Below, piece by piece: positions 28,197-40,943 of a stretch of DNA of 64,000 bases; within the stretch, counting starts at the first letter, position 1; each line of letters begins with the position of its first letter. Below the pieces are notes generated by a model. It saw nothing but the letters and a program-made list of their open reading frames with translations, was not told the DNA's origin and did not search any database. The stretch comes from Camelus dromedarius (lineage: Eukaryota), in NCBI RefSeq assembly GCF_036321535.1, contig NC_087436.1, forward strand, positions 18,292,001 through 18,356,000, given 5' to 3'. A program made the position numbers and the translations under genes.

Positions 28197-28574
28197 TGTT
28201 GACTGAAAAAAATATGTACAACCTCAAAGTTGAGAGTTATGTTTTATTCGGCGGCCTTTGTGAGTACTCGAGCCTGGGAGGCAGCCTCTCAGATAGTGCT
28301 GTGGGACTGCTCCAAAAAGGCAAGGGAGGAGCCAGGATATATTTGAGTTTTTGCAATAAAGACCAGGTAGTCAGAACATCAAAAGATTACAAAAGTCTGA
28401 GCTCACTGAAATCATTCCTTTCATATGCACCTTAGCTATCCAGGGCCAGTATCCTGCGTCTTTCTCATCCTGAGCTCCCTCTGCTCACCATCAGGGGTGG
28501 CGGTAGCGGATGATGACTCGATGGCCACAGCATCCTTTGTTTACTGATATGGCAGGCAATATTGTTCATTCACA
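28197..28574 (-). mobile_element. ERV1-class solo LTR (cetartiodactyl MER41-like)
   Basis: TG...CA termini, 4-bp TSD tacc (28193-28196 / 28575-28578), minus-strand AATAAA at 28243-28248. Confidence 0.8.
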
Positions 28575-28597
28575 TACCCAGAAGTGGAAATTTTGGA

Positions 28598-29413
28598 TGT
28601 GACATAACAAATACATGTTTGGTCTCTGACCTGACTTCCTGGTACACAGCTCCTAAAATCCTTACACTCTCTGAAATGGTATCAATTTATATACTAATGA
28701 GACAATGGGGCTAGGGGCTCCTGGAGAGCCTCAGGATGGGGGCTGGCTGCCAGAGGAGCCAACCCCACGATTAAAGGATTAGAAATTTCAGCTCTACACT
28801 CTCCCCCACCCCATTCACCTCCCAGGAGGGGAGCAGGCTGGAGATTAGCTTCAAACACCAAATGCTCAATGACTTCATCAATCGTTCCTACACAATGAAG
28901 CCTCCATAAATATCCCTGGGGTTCAGAGAGCTTGCAGGTTGGTGAGCACATGGAGATGCTGGGAGGCAGTGCACTCAGAGAAGACACAGAAGCTCCAAGC
29001 CCCTTCCTCCATCCTTTGCCCTCTCCATCTCTTCATCTGGCTGTTCATTTGTTTACATTAAAGCATCCTTTGTAATAAATCAGCAACAGCAAGTAAACTG
29101 TTTTCCTGAGTTCTGTGAGACATCCTAGCAATTTACCAAACTTGAGAGGGTCATAGGAACACCTGATTTATAGTCAAAAGCACAGGTGACAACCTGGTCT
29201 TATAACTGGTATCCAAAGTGGGAGGGAGCAGTCTTCTGGGACGGAGCCTTTACTCTGTGGGGTCTTCACTAACTCTAGTTAGTGCCAAAACTGAGTTAAA
29301 TCGTAGGACACCTGGTGTCCACAGGGAACTGTAGAACTGCTTAGTGTAGAGAAACCCACACATCTGGAGGACAGAAGTATTCTGTGAGTACAGAGAAATA
29401 GTTCTATCTCACA
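28598..29413 (+). mobile_element. MER21-family solo LTR
   Basis: tgtgacata...ttcctggtacacagctcctaaaatcctt...cctcaggatgggggctgg...tgaagcctccataaa...ttcctgagttctgtgag...gtaggacacc resembles MER21B/C. Confidence 0.8.
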
Positions 29414-29904
29414 AGAGGGGGGTCAAATGGTCATTTTATTGGTAAGTTTTTGAGAAACTGCCACACTGCTTCCACAGCAGCTGCCCTGTTGTGTGTTCCT
29501 GCTAACAGTGCGTAGGGTTCCAATTTCTCCATATCCTCACCAACACTGGTTATTTCTTCTCTTTTTCTCTTTTTTTTAAAGTAGCCATCCTAACGGGCGT
29601 GAGGCGGGTAGTGATGATTAACTTTTTATTTATCAAAGAGATACATGTTTACCTGTTACCCAGGCATGGACAGAGTAAAGCCAGAAAGTCATTTTTCACC
29701 CCATCCAAACTGCACTCCCAAGAAGGCAGCACTGTTAACCGCTCGGGGCGTTTCCTTCGTATTTGCATTGAGCCCTGTGTTGGTCCTCAGCGCCACATGT
29801 CCGTCTTTCTCAGTTCAGTTTATTTAGACATTTAGAGATTCTGCCAGAAAACTCTCAACACTGGGAAAGAATACTAGGTTAAAAAGGCATTAATAATCCC
29901 TCTT

Positions 29905-30049
29905 GTGGGGAAGGGTACAGCTCAAGTGGTGGAGCGCATGCTTAGCATATACAGGGTCCTGGGTTCAATCCCCAGTACCTCCCCTAAAAATAAATAAGTA
30001 AACCTAACTATCCCCCCACCAAAAAAATAAATAAATAAAATTTCAAGAA
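29905..30049 (+). mobile_element. Vic-1-type SINE, full length
   Basis: ggggaagggtacagctcaagtggtggagcgcatgcttagcat...gggttcaatccccagtacctcc; TSD taataatccctctt (29891-29904) / taataatccttctt (30050-30063). Confidence 0.9.
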
Positions 30050-33000
30050 TAATAATCCTTCTTAAACTGGTGGTTTCTCAAATTAAACACATTTTGCACA
30101 TCTGATCAAAAGTATTAAAAATGAACTTTTCTGGCAAGGGGTTCAAAGGTAGAATACTCTAAACCACAGAAAACTGGAAATGAAAGATGGCTGAAATGGA
30201 AAGTAAATACTCATTCCTGTTTCATACTGGATATACTTTTTAAAGTTATCACTCCTGTAATAGTGTTTCACCTCGTTTTCAAATACTGGATAATCTTTTA
30301 CCATAAGGCAAGTGGCAGCAATCAAGTGTAATTCAATAATCACTACAATTTTTATAAAATGCTATAAAGCATGCAGTACTCCAAAAGCGCCGTGCCCAAC
30401 ACTCACTCCCACGGGCACTGTGCTTTCTCTCCGCCTCATGGTTATAAAGCTGAAGCAGAAGTTCCCTGCTTCAAGTTCATGACAAAGTACCTAGAGCTGC
30501 AACTGACAGGCTCTTGGCTACCACCATTTTCTCCAGACCATGAACTTGGGGGGAAGGGGCGCGCGGCGAGGGGAAACCATTTGTAATGCCCCAACTCCAC
30601 TCGCAAACAATAAAATGGATCTTTCCTGACTACCCCAGACATTCATGCGTGAACCCAGCTCTGCCATCACCTTGGCACCACGGAGCTCACAACCACGGTT
30701 CCACCTCCTCTCGCTCTGCTATGCACAGCATCCTTTTGGAGCAAGAATCAAGGCAAGATGCCCAGAAAAGCAGGCTGTTTTAAGAAGTTCCTCGACTGGG
30801 ACGTGAAGATTTTGGCCCTTATTCTTAGTAACCCACACTGTGCTCAGGGGAGTTAATTACAATTGTGAGGGAAAACTTCAGATGGCATGAATGTTTTTCT
30901 TTACATCCGTTATGTGATAAAACAATATTTACACACGGGGGTCTCAGGACGGAATGAGTGCTCCATTCCTGTAAAGAATAAAAAAGCATCGAAAGACCTC
31001 TCTAAAAATTCTATGTAGTGAAACATTTAATATGTAATTAAGTGAACTAAAGTATAAAATGTGCAATAAGATGCTATAGCAAATACCTAAGAGAAAGCTG
31101 ATGACTTTCTAATCCAGGAATGGCCAAACTAGCAAAGAATATGGGACCCAAGGCCAAAAATGGCCAAGTCTGTCATGGGAACACAAACACAAGGTTTACA
31201 AACTTTCAATTCAACAAACTCTGAATGACTATTTACTCGGCTTTAGGTCATGTGCCAGAAGGTCAGGAATTATTGAATATCTTACTATGTGCTGGACACA
31301 GGGCTAAGCATACAGCCCACGAAGGACTGACTGTCTAGCAAAGAAAGCGCAAGGTAAACAAATGACAAGTAATCCACTCATTACCACTACACAGCGCTGC
31401 AGGGAGTCAGGGAAGGGTAAATGAGTCGAGCCAGCCACCTAGAAGGGAAAGAGGAAGTGACGATGACATCAGAAGGTGGATGCCCGAATCCGGAAGCATT
31501 CAATTTCAAATGTGCTAAATTACTGTGGTCACGTGAGCCAAGTCAGCCACCAGTCTCTCTAGAAGCAATTCAGGATTTCAAGGGGCTAAGGGAGCAAGAA
31601 AGGAAAGCCTGACGTAACCCTGGAAGTGAGACTTCCCTGGGAAAGGGACATTTCATCTGAGGCTTTAAGGATGAGTGAGCCGTCAAGGAGCCACAGGGCC
31701 AGAGTCGTCCCCCGGGCTGACAAGGCACAAAGAGCGGACAAGCACACGTGGAGGAGCCGGGATCAGCCTCTTCACGGGTCCTGTAAACCAGCTGGTGATG
31801 CAGCCTGGGGTTCAGCCACAGAGGGCCTCCCTGGCCAGGCTAAGGGACCGCTGATCAGCATTGTCACTGAAAGGTTTTAGCAAGGGGTTACCGTGATCAG
31901 ATTAACGGTGCACATCAAGACTGACTGCTGGGTGGAAAACAGACTGAAGATAGGCAGGAGCTGCCCACAAAGATGTGTCAGAAGACAGATGAGACAGAAT
32001 GACCAAAAGGAAGGGAAAAGGATGAATGGACCTGAGAAGTAGTCAAGAGGCCCTGTACATGCTGTGGACGACACAACGAGCAGGAAAGCTGCCACTCCAG
32101 GCATAAAAAGTGACAGATCAATTACAATACAGTGTCAACAACCAGGACGGGGATTCCATGAAGGCCAAAAACAACTGTAGCAAATAAGGACTTAATATAC
32201 TTACAATGCTCCCAACCAGACGCTGAACCTGATGACATTCCTTGTGCTTTCTAGTCCCTTTTTGTTTTCTTCTAAGGGTTTCCATTCATACGTGGAAATA
32301 ATACTTACTACAGGTAGACGGTGGGATATTCTTAACCAAGGTGCACATAGAGCAGCAAACAGAGATGTTGGCTAAGAGGAGGAGTGACTGGTTCTAATAA
32401 CTTGGAATGCAGGACAGAAGTGTTGAAAGTTGGAGAGTTTAAAGAGTTATGAGCTAGAATGACAGATCCTGAAGTGAGGAGCAAAGCAATTGTCAGGCTT
32501 CAGAGGAAACAGCCACATTATGTCTGGATAGAAATCCAATGTGGCACCAAAAGGAAAGTGTCATTCTATTCCTTGTCTCCAGACGTGATGCCTCAGGCCT
32601 GAGGCCCCAGCTCTCTGAGGCATACAGGGGGGAACAAACCAAAATGCTGAAAGATGCGAGATTAAGCTGAAATATATTACCTACGAGGAAAAGAATTCTG
32701 TTTCTGTTTACACTGTGACAAATAAGAACGCGCGGACTCAAAACAATTCCACTTCCAAGAATTATCTCACCACACGGCACATTCGTCAGAACACTGCCCA
32801 CTTGTCACACATTACTTAAAGGATCTGTCCCCAGTATCACCGAGAGCCGTGTTCCCGGCGATCACAGACACGGCTCACGGGCATCCTGTTTACTGCGCCC
32901 CTACCTTGAAATAAAACGTAGTGCACTGAAACATGTTTCAACCATTTTAAATTTCACAGGTTTCTTTCCTTGTTTGGTAATCAATGGCTAGGAAATCGTT

Positions 33001-33099
33001 AAACAAAACTGAGACTTAAGGAAACACTGGGCCCATTTTAAATGACAGTATTAATAGCATCTCATTGTTCAAACAAATTAGAAAATTTCTCTAGGCTTT

Positions 33100-33192
33100 A
33101 GCAGGGTGGGGTAACAGCTCAGTGGTAGAGCACATGCTTAGCACACTGGATTCAATCCCCAGCACCTCCACTGAAAATAAATAAATTTTTTA
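33100..33192 (+). mobile_element. Vic-1-type SINE with internal deletion
   Basis: gctcagtggtagagcacatgcttagcaca-ctggattcaatccccagcacctcc; exact 13-bp TSD aaaatttctctag (33082-33094 / 33193-33205). Confidence 0.87.
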
Positions 33193-34651
33193 AAAATTTC
33201 TCTAGATTTTGAAACAAAGGGAAGATGATTAATTAGTAAAATTTAATAGATATATAGAAGAACATGGTGAATACGAGGCTGGCGAAGAACAGAAAACTTT
33301 GCCACGATGTGCCAGATTATTCACATAAAGAAAGAAATCTCAACGATCTCTTCGTTTCATGGAGAAGCTACAGTAACATTAGTGATGCCACTGGAGCTAG
33401 AACCAGAATTGAGAAAGTTCTACTTTGGGGTTGTTGGAGCAGACACTGCGCCATGCTCTGCACTGGTCCCACTGGAGAGAGCCTTGTCTTCCTTCAAAGA
33501 CTTCACTTCCACCAAACTAACATCTGGTCCGTACTCAGGGCCAGACACTGTGCTCAGCCCTGGATAATTCACCATGCACAGCAAGGCAGAACACATTCTT
33601 GGTGATTACAAAGGCAGACGTATCAACCTCATGAAGTAAAAGTAGGTCAGATAAAAGACAGCACCTGGCCAGGATGGTCTGTCTAAACTTAAAACCGAAA
33701 TTACTATTAGCAGAACATAAGGTTGAGAATTAATATCTGAAGCAAGAAACACTCCGATTCAACAAGCTCTTGTTGTAAATCAGCATCTCAATCTCTTTTC
33801 ATTCATTCATCCAAAAAACACTCCTCTGCACCAGGCTCTACCCCAGGCCCAAGAGTGAGAAGCAGTTTACAGAGCTATTATTGTCTGTTTTCTGCATTTG
33901 ACCCTGTATCTACTAATTCTCTTTCAACTGCATTTTTTTATATTTCTATCAACGCACGTGGAAGACATGCATTTTCCTTATATTCTACGTGACAGACCAA
34001 TGAGCCCGTAAATTAAGAAAATACATAAAAAGGTAAAGAGTGGAGAGAAACAGTCACAAGACATTTATGAGATGTCAATTAATAAGATATCATTGTAAAT
34101 GGAGAAATTAAGAGAAAAACTAAGAAGCAACTACCAAAACTTATGACGGTAACAATCAGGAAATATTCTAATGCCTTTCTAAGAGGAACGTTGAAAGGAA
34201 AGGGGGAAAGAAACCCAGCACATTGTAAGTCCTGTGCTACATTTTACTGTAAGGAAAAAGTGTGAGAGCCAAGGAACTTTTTCAGTTATAGAAATGTAGT
34301 CGTCATACTCAGCTTCTCATAAGGGTTGCTGGGAAAAAAATTTTAAATACAATCTGTGAATCAGATATTTTTCCAGAGATGATTAAGCATGTTGCCTGAT
34401 TTTACTAATAGTGAAGACTCTCTAACAATTTCTTTCTTCTGTCCACCGAAAAGGTGTTTCAAATGGAGCAAGTAAGCAATGATATAGTCACAAGTTGGAT
34501 TTTCTCCAAAGTGAATTCAAACCATCAATCACTAGAGAACAGCTGCTGCTTCTTAGAACACAGAAGTTGTAAGAGAACACAGCATGAACCGTAACATGAA
34601 CAGCATGAGCACCTTAACAGCATGAGATGGAAAACCTACAAAACCAGTGTT

Positions 34652-35062
34652 TCTTTAACTTTCTTGATTGAAGTGTAGTTGCTTTGCAATGTTGCGTTAG
34701 TTTCTAGTGTACAGCACAGTGATTCAGTTATACAGATATATATTCTTTTTCATATTTTTTCATTATAGGTTATGATAAACTATTGAATATAGTTCCCTGT
34801 GCTATACAGTAGGTCCTTGTTGTTTATCTATTTTATATATAGTAGTTTGTATCTGCTAATCCCAAACTCCTAATTTATCCTTCTCCTTCTTTTCCCCCTT
34901 GGTAACCATAAATTTGTTTTCCATGTCTATGAGTCTGTTTCTATTTTGTAAATAAGTTCATTTGTATCATTTTTTAGATTCCACATAAAACTGATACCAT
35001 ATGGTATTTGTCTTTCTCTGTCTGACTTACTTTGCTTAGTATGATCATTTCTAGGTCCATCT
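34652..35062 (-). mobile_element. L1 3' end (cetartiodactyl type)
   Basis: ttgaatatagttccctgtgctatacagtaggtccttgttg...tctaggtccatc; same 3'UTR family as the 7622 element. Confidence 0.88.
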
Positions 35063-35999
35063 AGTAGTGTTTTTTTTTTTGATAACCATCTGAGAACTGG
35101 AGATACAAAAAAAAAAAAAAAAAAAAACGAAACACCTAATGAACTAACATGAAGAAAGTAACAAGTGCTTTCTTGGAGAGAAGGTGTGTACATGTGCACA
35201 CAGCTGTTTTCATCTTTTGTGAAGCAGCAAGACACAGGAGGGCATCAGGGATGAGGAAAACAGGATTCTAACAAAGTTTTAAAGGTAGAGTATGGGCTGG
35301 TGCCATGGTTTAGAATCCTTAGGAGAACAGACACAAATTGAATGTGAACCTCCCCTTTCATTCCTTCCCATCGGATCTCCCCAAATGCTCCCGGGGCCGT
35401 CTGAGAGCAGTGTGGAAAGAGGTGCGTGTGCTAGAATGAGGGGCAGGGCAGGAGAACTTCCAGAGATGGTCTGACAGCGTCCTCAAATCACATATAGCCC
35501 ATGACTTCGAACAGAACCTAATTAAAGTAACAACAGGGCTGAATCTCGGCTCAACCACCAACCAACGTGACACAGGACATGACATAGGACATAACACATA
35601 GGACGTGACAGCCCTATACCCTAGTAGCCTGATGGGAAAATGGGCACGCCCTTTACCAGGTATGATTTAGTTTCTTTTGCTCTTTAGTCTCTATTGCTCT
35701 CTTACAATCCCTGGAATTCAACCAAAAAAAATTAGAAGGTATAAAAAATTAGAAGCAAAGATATGTAACCCAACATCGGGAGAGGAGGCAGTCAAGAGAA
35801 CCAGAACCAGAAACAGCCCAGGTATTGGAGGGCAGAGGAGCCATGCCGAAACCTAAAAACAATTATAAATATGTTAAAGGATTCAGTGCAAAAGGGGGTC
35901 AACATGCATAAACTGATGGGAATTTTAGCAAAGAGATAGAAGCTTTTAAAAAGAGACAAAGGGATAGGCAAGAAATGGAAAACAAAGTAACAGTGATGA

Positions 36000-36426
36000 A
36001 GAGTTCAGGAACACAGCTTTCACGTGCAAACCAACCAATCCCGAATCCCCAACCATCCCTTTTACGTAACTCTTACTCACCAAGCCAGTATTCCCCCCTC
36101 CCAAATCACCCCCAGGCCAGACACCAGATAAGTAAAAACCAACCCCTACAGCCTAGAGCCCACCAGCATTATTCAGACTAGTCAGCTAAAGCTTTTCCCC
36201 CTTCTCTGCCTTGCCTTTCCCATGTGAAGCCCCCATAAAGGCTATGGTCTAGGATTTCCTCTCACTCCTTCCTGACTCCTGACCTGGTGTGGTCCCATGT
36301 GGCCCCAAGTGGCATGGCTTGCCCTCTTCTCTTGGGAACTGTAAGTAATACAATTCTCTTCTAATGGCATCAGCCTCTCCATGTCATCATTCAGTCGTCT
36401 TTGTAAATTAAAATCCTGCAGGTACA
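36000..36426 (+). mobile_element. ERVL-type solo LTR (MER54/MER74/MER89 group) inside the L1
   Basis: C-rich block interrupting the A-rich L1; cttgggaactgtaagtaata...aatggcatcagcctctc...aaattaaaatcctgcaggtaca end. Confidence 0.6.
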
Positions 36427-37803
36427 TCTGAAACCAGTATCAAATGGTCTAACATAATGCAATCACACAATCCCAGAAGGTAAAGAGAAAAATGGGCAGA
36501 AAGAGCATAGGAAGAGATAATGGCTAAGAGTTTCTGAATCTGGTAAGAATTCTCACCCCCTATATGCAAGGACTTCAGTGAACCCCAAGCAGGATAAAAC
36601 AAAGAAAACCAGATGTGCTGTGTAGTCACATCATAAAAAGAAAATTTTGAAAGCAACAAAAGCAGACAATGCACAAAAGAATGCTAAGAAAGACAGATGA
36701 CTTGTCATGAGAAAAAAGAAAATGGAGGCTAAAGAAAATGGAATGACTTCTCTCAAGTGCTGGGGAAAAAACTATCAATCCAGAATTCCACATCCAACAA
36801 AATAAAAGTAAAATAAAAACATTTCAGACAGGCAAAACATGAAAAAATTCTCCAGCAGATGCACCTTGTAAGAAATGTCAAATGAAATTAGCCTAACGAA
36901 CTTAAGGGAAATAGAACAAGACAGAAACTTAGTTCTGCAGAAGAAAACTGAAGAAAATCAGAATGAATAAATATGTTGGTATTAAAAGACAAAAAAATTA
37001 TACACACACATCCCTATATATGTAAATAAAACATTAAATTTCTTTAAAAGGTTACTGATTATTGATTTCATCACATAGAATTAGTAACGTATTATTGGGC
37101 TCATAGTATATGTAGAATTACAGTATATAAAACAAAGGTGCAGAGGGCAAAAGGCTGGTAATTGGAAATCTACTCTAGGAAGGTTCTTACATTGTTTATG
37201 AAAAGGTAAATAATATGATAACTTAAAAATGCATCTTATTTTCTGTACGACAACTATTAAAACATGCACAAAGAAGCATAACTAAAAATCATGTAATAGA
37301 AGAGATAAAATGGAATACTAAAAAATATTCAATTCACTAAAAAGAAGGCAGAAAAGGAAGAACAGAAGAACAAAGAGCAAACAGGACAAAGTGAAAACAT
37401 AGCCAAGATGGCAGGCTTCAACCTATACATATCCATAATGATAGACACATTAACTAAAACCCTGATTTAAAAGCAAAGGCTAATAGACTGGATTTTTTAA
37501 AACTAGGACTAAAAAAAAAAATTTAAACATATAGAAACAGATAAAAGGAAAAGGATGAAAAAAATGCCAAGTAAACACCAAGCATAAGAAAACCAGTGTA
37601 GCTATATTAATATCAAACAAGGCAGATTTCAAGATAACGATTACCACAGAAACATAGACATTTCATAATGATTAAAGGGTCACTTCTTCAAGAAGACAAT
37701 CACAAATGCACATACACACAATAAAGATTTCAAATATTCAGTACATGAAACAAAAATTACACATTCAAAGGGAAACAGGTAAGTCTTAATCAGATTTAGA
37801 GAT

Positions 37804-37930
37804 TTTTTTTTTTTAATTGAAGTACAGTCAGTTATAATGTGTCAATTTCTGGTGTACAGCATAAAGTCCAGGTCATGCACATATATACATATATTCATTT
37901 TCATATTTTTTCATTAAAGGTTATTACAAG
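37804..37930 (-). mobile_element. Short young L1 3' terminus inserted in the old L1
   Basis: polyT + aattgaagtacagtcagtt...gtgtcaatttctggtgtacagc; TSD atcagatttagagat (37789-37803) / atcagagttagagat (37931-37945). Confidence 0.88.
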
Positions 37931-40026
37931 ATCAGAGTTAGAGATCTTAACATCCCTAGTTTACTCACTGATAGAAAAATATCAAAAATTAAAATATAGA
38001 AGATTTGCACAACATCAAACAACTTGATCCAATTGACATTTGGAGAACACTGCACCCAACAACAGCAGAAAAATCACTGTTCTCAAGTACACGTGGATCA
38101 TTTACTAAACGGGCCACATTTGGGACAATGAAATAAGCCCAGTAAAGTTCAATTTATTGATAAAATACAGAGTTTGTTAACTGACCAAAAAAGAATTAAA
38201 GTAGAAAGACAAGAATAATACTGCACATAAAATATCTCCATCCATTTGGAATTTTTTAAATACCTTTCTAAATAACACCTGAGTTACAAGTCAGCACCTA
38301 TGCCCTAATCACACAAAAAAATTTGAAATTCTTTGGAACTGAATTCCAATGAAAACACTACACATCAAAATTTGTGGGATGCAAGCAAAAGCAGTTTTAG
38401 AAGGAAATTTATAGATTTAAATGTCTACATTCATAATAAAATGGAAAATCAATGCTTCCATCTTAAGAAATGTTTAAAAGAAAAACAAAATCCAGAGGCA
38501 ATAAAGATAAAAGCAAAATCCAGTGAAATATAATCCAGACAATATGGATCATCTGGAAAAAATTAACAAAACTGATAAAGTTCTAGGCAAGACTTTCTGA
38601 GAAACAATTTAAAATATTCAGTATCAAGTATTAGAAAAGAAGTATCACTACAGATCCTCTTCAAAAATAAACGGATATTATGAAGAAATTTATGCCAAAA
38701 AAGTCAACAGCTTAGAAGAAATAAACAAATTCCTTAAAAACTAATTTATCAAAACTAACACACAAAAATAGGAAATCTGAATATCTCTTTATATACTAAA
38801 TAAATTCAATCCTTAATTTATAAGCTTCCCCCCACCAAAAAAAGAAAAAAGAAAAAAAAAACAGCAGACCAAAATGGCTTCACAGGAAAATTCTCTCACT
38901 TAAACCACTTTGAGATACTTTGAGACAACAGAGTCAGATGGAAAACTTTTCAACTAACTCTTCCAAAGTCACCATAACCCTGATATCAAAATCAGAAAAA
39001 AACATTACAAAAAAAGAACACAACACATAAAATCCATCATGAACACAAATACAAATATCCTCAACCAAATATTAGCAAAATAAATACAGCAACATTTAAA
39101 GACACTAATACATCACTACCAAGTACAGTTAACCTCAGAAATGCAAGTTTAGTTTAACTAAGAAAACTTAATGCAATTCACCCATCAACAGATTCAAGAA
39201 AAATCTTTAATGATCATTTCAATAGATACTGACAAGCATTTTTTCAAAAGTCAACATTTATTTGTGATTAAAACTAGGAAAGACAAAAACTTTCTCAATA
39301 TAAAAGGCATCTATGAACAATCTTCAACTAACATAATACTTTACAGTGAATTATAAATGCTTTTCCCCTTAAGATGGAGAATAAGCCAAGATGCCCAATA
39401 TCACCACTTCCATTCGACTTATTATTAGAGGTCTTGGCAGTGCAAAAGGACAAGTAAAAGAAATAAAGGCATATAGATTGGAAAGGAAAAAAAAGCTGCC
39501 TTTATTCACATATGGTACCACTGTGTACAATTAAAAATCTTACAGAAATACAGGAAGCAATAAATCAACTCAGCAAAACTGTAGAACACAAAAACCAACT
39601 GCATTTTTATATACCAACAGCATACTGGAAAATGAAATGGAAAACATAATACATTTTATAATAGCAGCCGGAAACATAAAATGCCTAGGGAAATTTAACA
39701 AAAGATATCCATGACCCTATACTGAAAATCATAAAACACTGCTGAGAGAAATTAGAGATTAAATTAACAGAAAGTCAGACTCATGAATTATTAAGGCTCC
39801 ATGTTGATAATATTGGCCTCTAGATTTTTTTGATGACAGATCCTGATGAAGGATTAGCATACAGAATACTGAAAATAATTCCTACAAATAAACTGGCTGT
39901 AAAACTTATATAGAAATGCAAAGGATCTAGAATGGCCAAAATAATTTTGGAAGGAAAAAAACAAACAGAGGAATCACACCACCTGGCTTCAAGAGTTACT
40001 ACAAAGCTACAGTAATAATGATAAGT

Positions 40027-40158
40027 AGGGGTGGGGGAGGGTATAGCCCAGTGGTAGACTGCATGCATAGTGTGCACACGGTCCTGGGTTCAATCCCCAG
40101 CACCTCTATTAAACAAACAAACAAACCTAATTACCTTCCCCTACAAATAAATAAATAA
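40027..40158 (+). mobile_element. Vic-1-type SINE inserted in the old L1
   Basis: gggggagggtatagcccagtggtagactgcatgc...gtcctgggttcaatccccagcacctc; TSD aataatgata (40014-40023 / 40159-40168). Confidence 0.88.
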
Positions 40159-40916
40159 AATAATGATACTGTGCAAGTGGCAAGAGGACAAATAAACCAA
40201 TGGAACATAATAGAGAATCTAGATTTAGACCTGCAAATACACAAATGATTTATGACAAAGATGCCTACACAATTCAATGACAGGGAAGTCCTTTGCAACA
40301 CATGGTGCTAGAAATACTGGATATCTGTATAGGAAAAAATACATACCACTCAATCTCCACAAATAACACCACACACTACCCAAAAAAATCTTCACAAGTC
40401 ATTGATCAATTATAAGGCTTTTATAAGAAAACATGGGAAAATATTTTCACAACTTTGGGATAGATAAAGATTTCTCAGAGTTCTACCAATAATTTTTTTT
40501 AACTGATAAATTTAACCTCATCAAAATTAGTATGTTCTTCTCATCAAAGGACACTGCTAAGAGAATATGCAAGCTACAGATAATAGAAAATATTCACAAT
40601 ATTCACAATTAATATATTCAAAATTAATATGGCTGATGTAGAATTAGTATCCAGAATACTTAAAATAATTCAGTAACAAAAAGACCAACAACATATTTTA
40701 AATGAGCAAAAGATTTTACTAGAACTTCACAATGTTAGAAGTATAAATGGCCAGAAAGCACACGGTAAAGCACTCAACACTAGGCATGATTAGCTTAAAT
40801 GAAAAACACTAACATAATCAAAGGTTGGTAAGGAGACGGAGCAACTGGAACTGTCATGTGTTGCTGGCAGTAGGATAAAATTACTTTGGACAATGGTCAA
40901 TTTTCTTAAAAATCAG

Positions 40917-40943
40917 ACACACACACACACACACACACACACC
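40917..40943. repeat. (CA)n microsatellite
   Basis: About 13 AC units. Confidence 0.9.

Larger units (their letters stand above)
27690..29610 (-). mobile_element. Old L1MA/MB-type 3' region in three pieces (27690-28196, 28575-28597, ~29420-29610), split by two LTRs
   Basis: ttttaattgtgataaaatacaca...tttatccattcatccatcaatggacacttggg...ttttgggcatatacc|cagaagtggaa..gga|tcaaatggt...gtagccatcctaacgggcgtgagg reads as continuous L1 once the LTRs are removed. Confidence 0.82.

Noticed and set aside
34575..34625. Short imperfect repeats (aacagcatga) and similar acataggac repeats at ~35570-35610
   Set aside because: Irregular, 3-4 units, no constant repeat/spacer structure; not CRISPR-like, ordinary slippage
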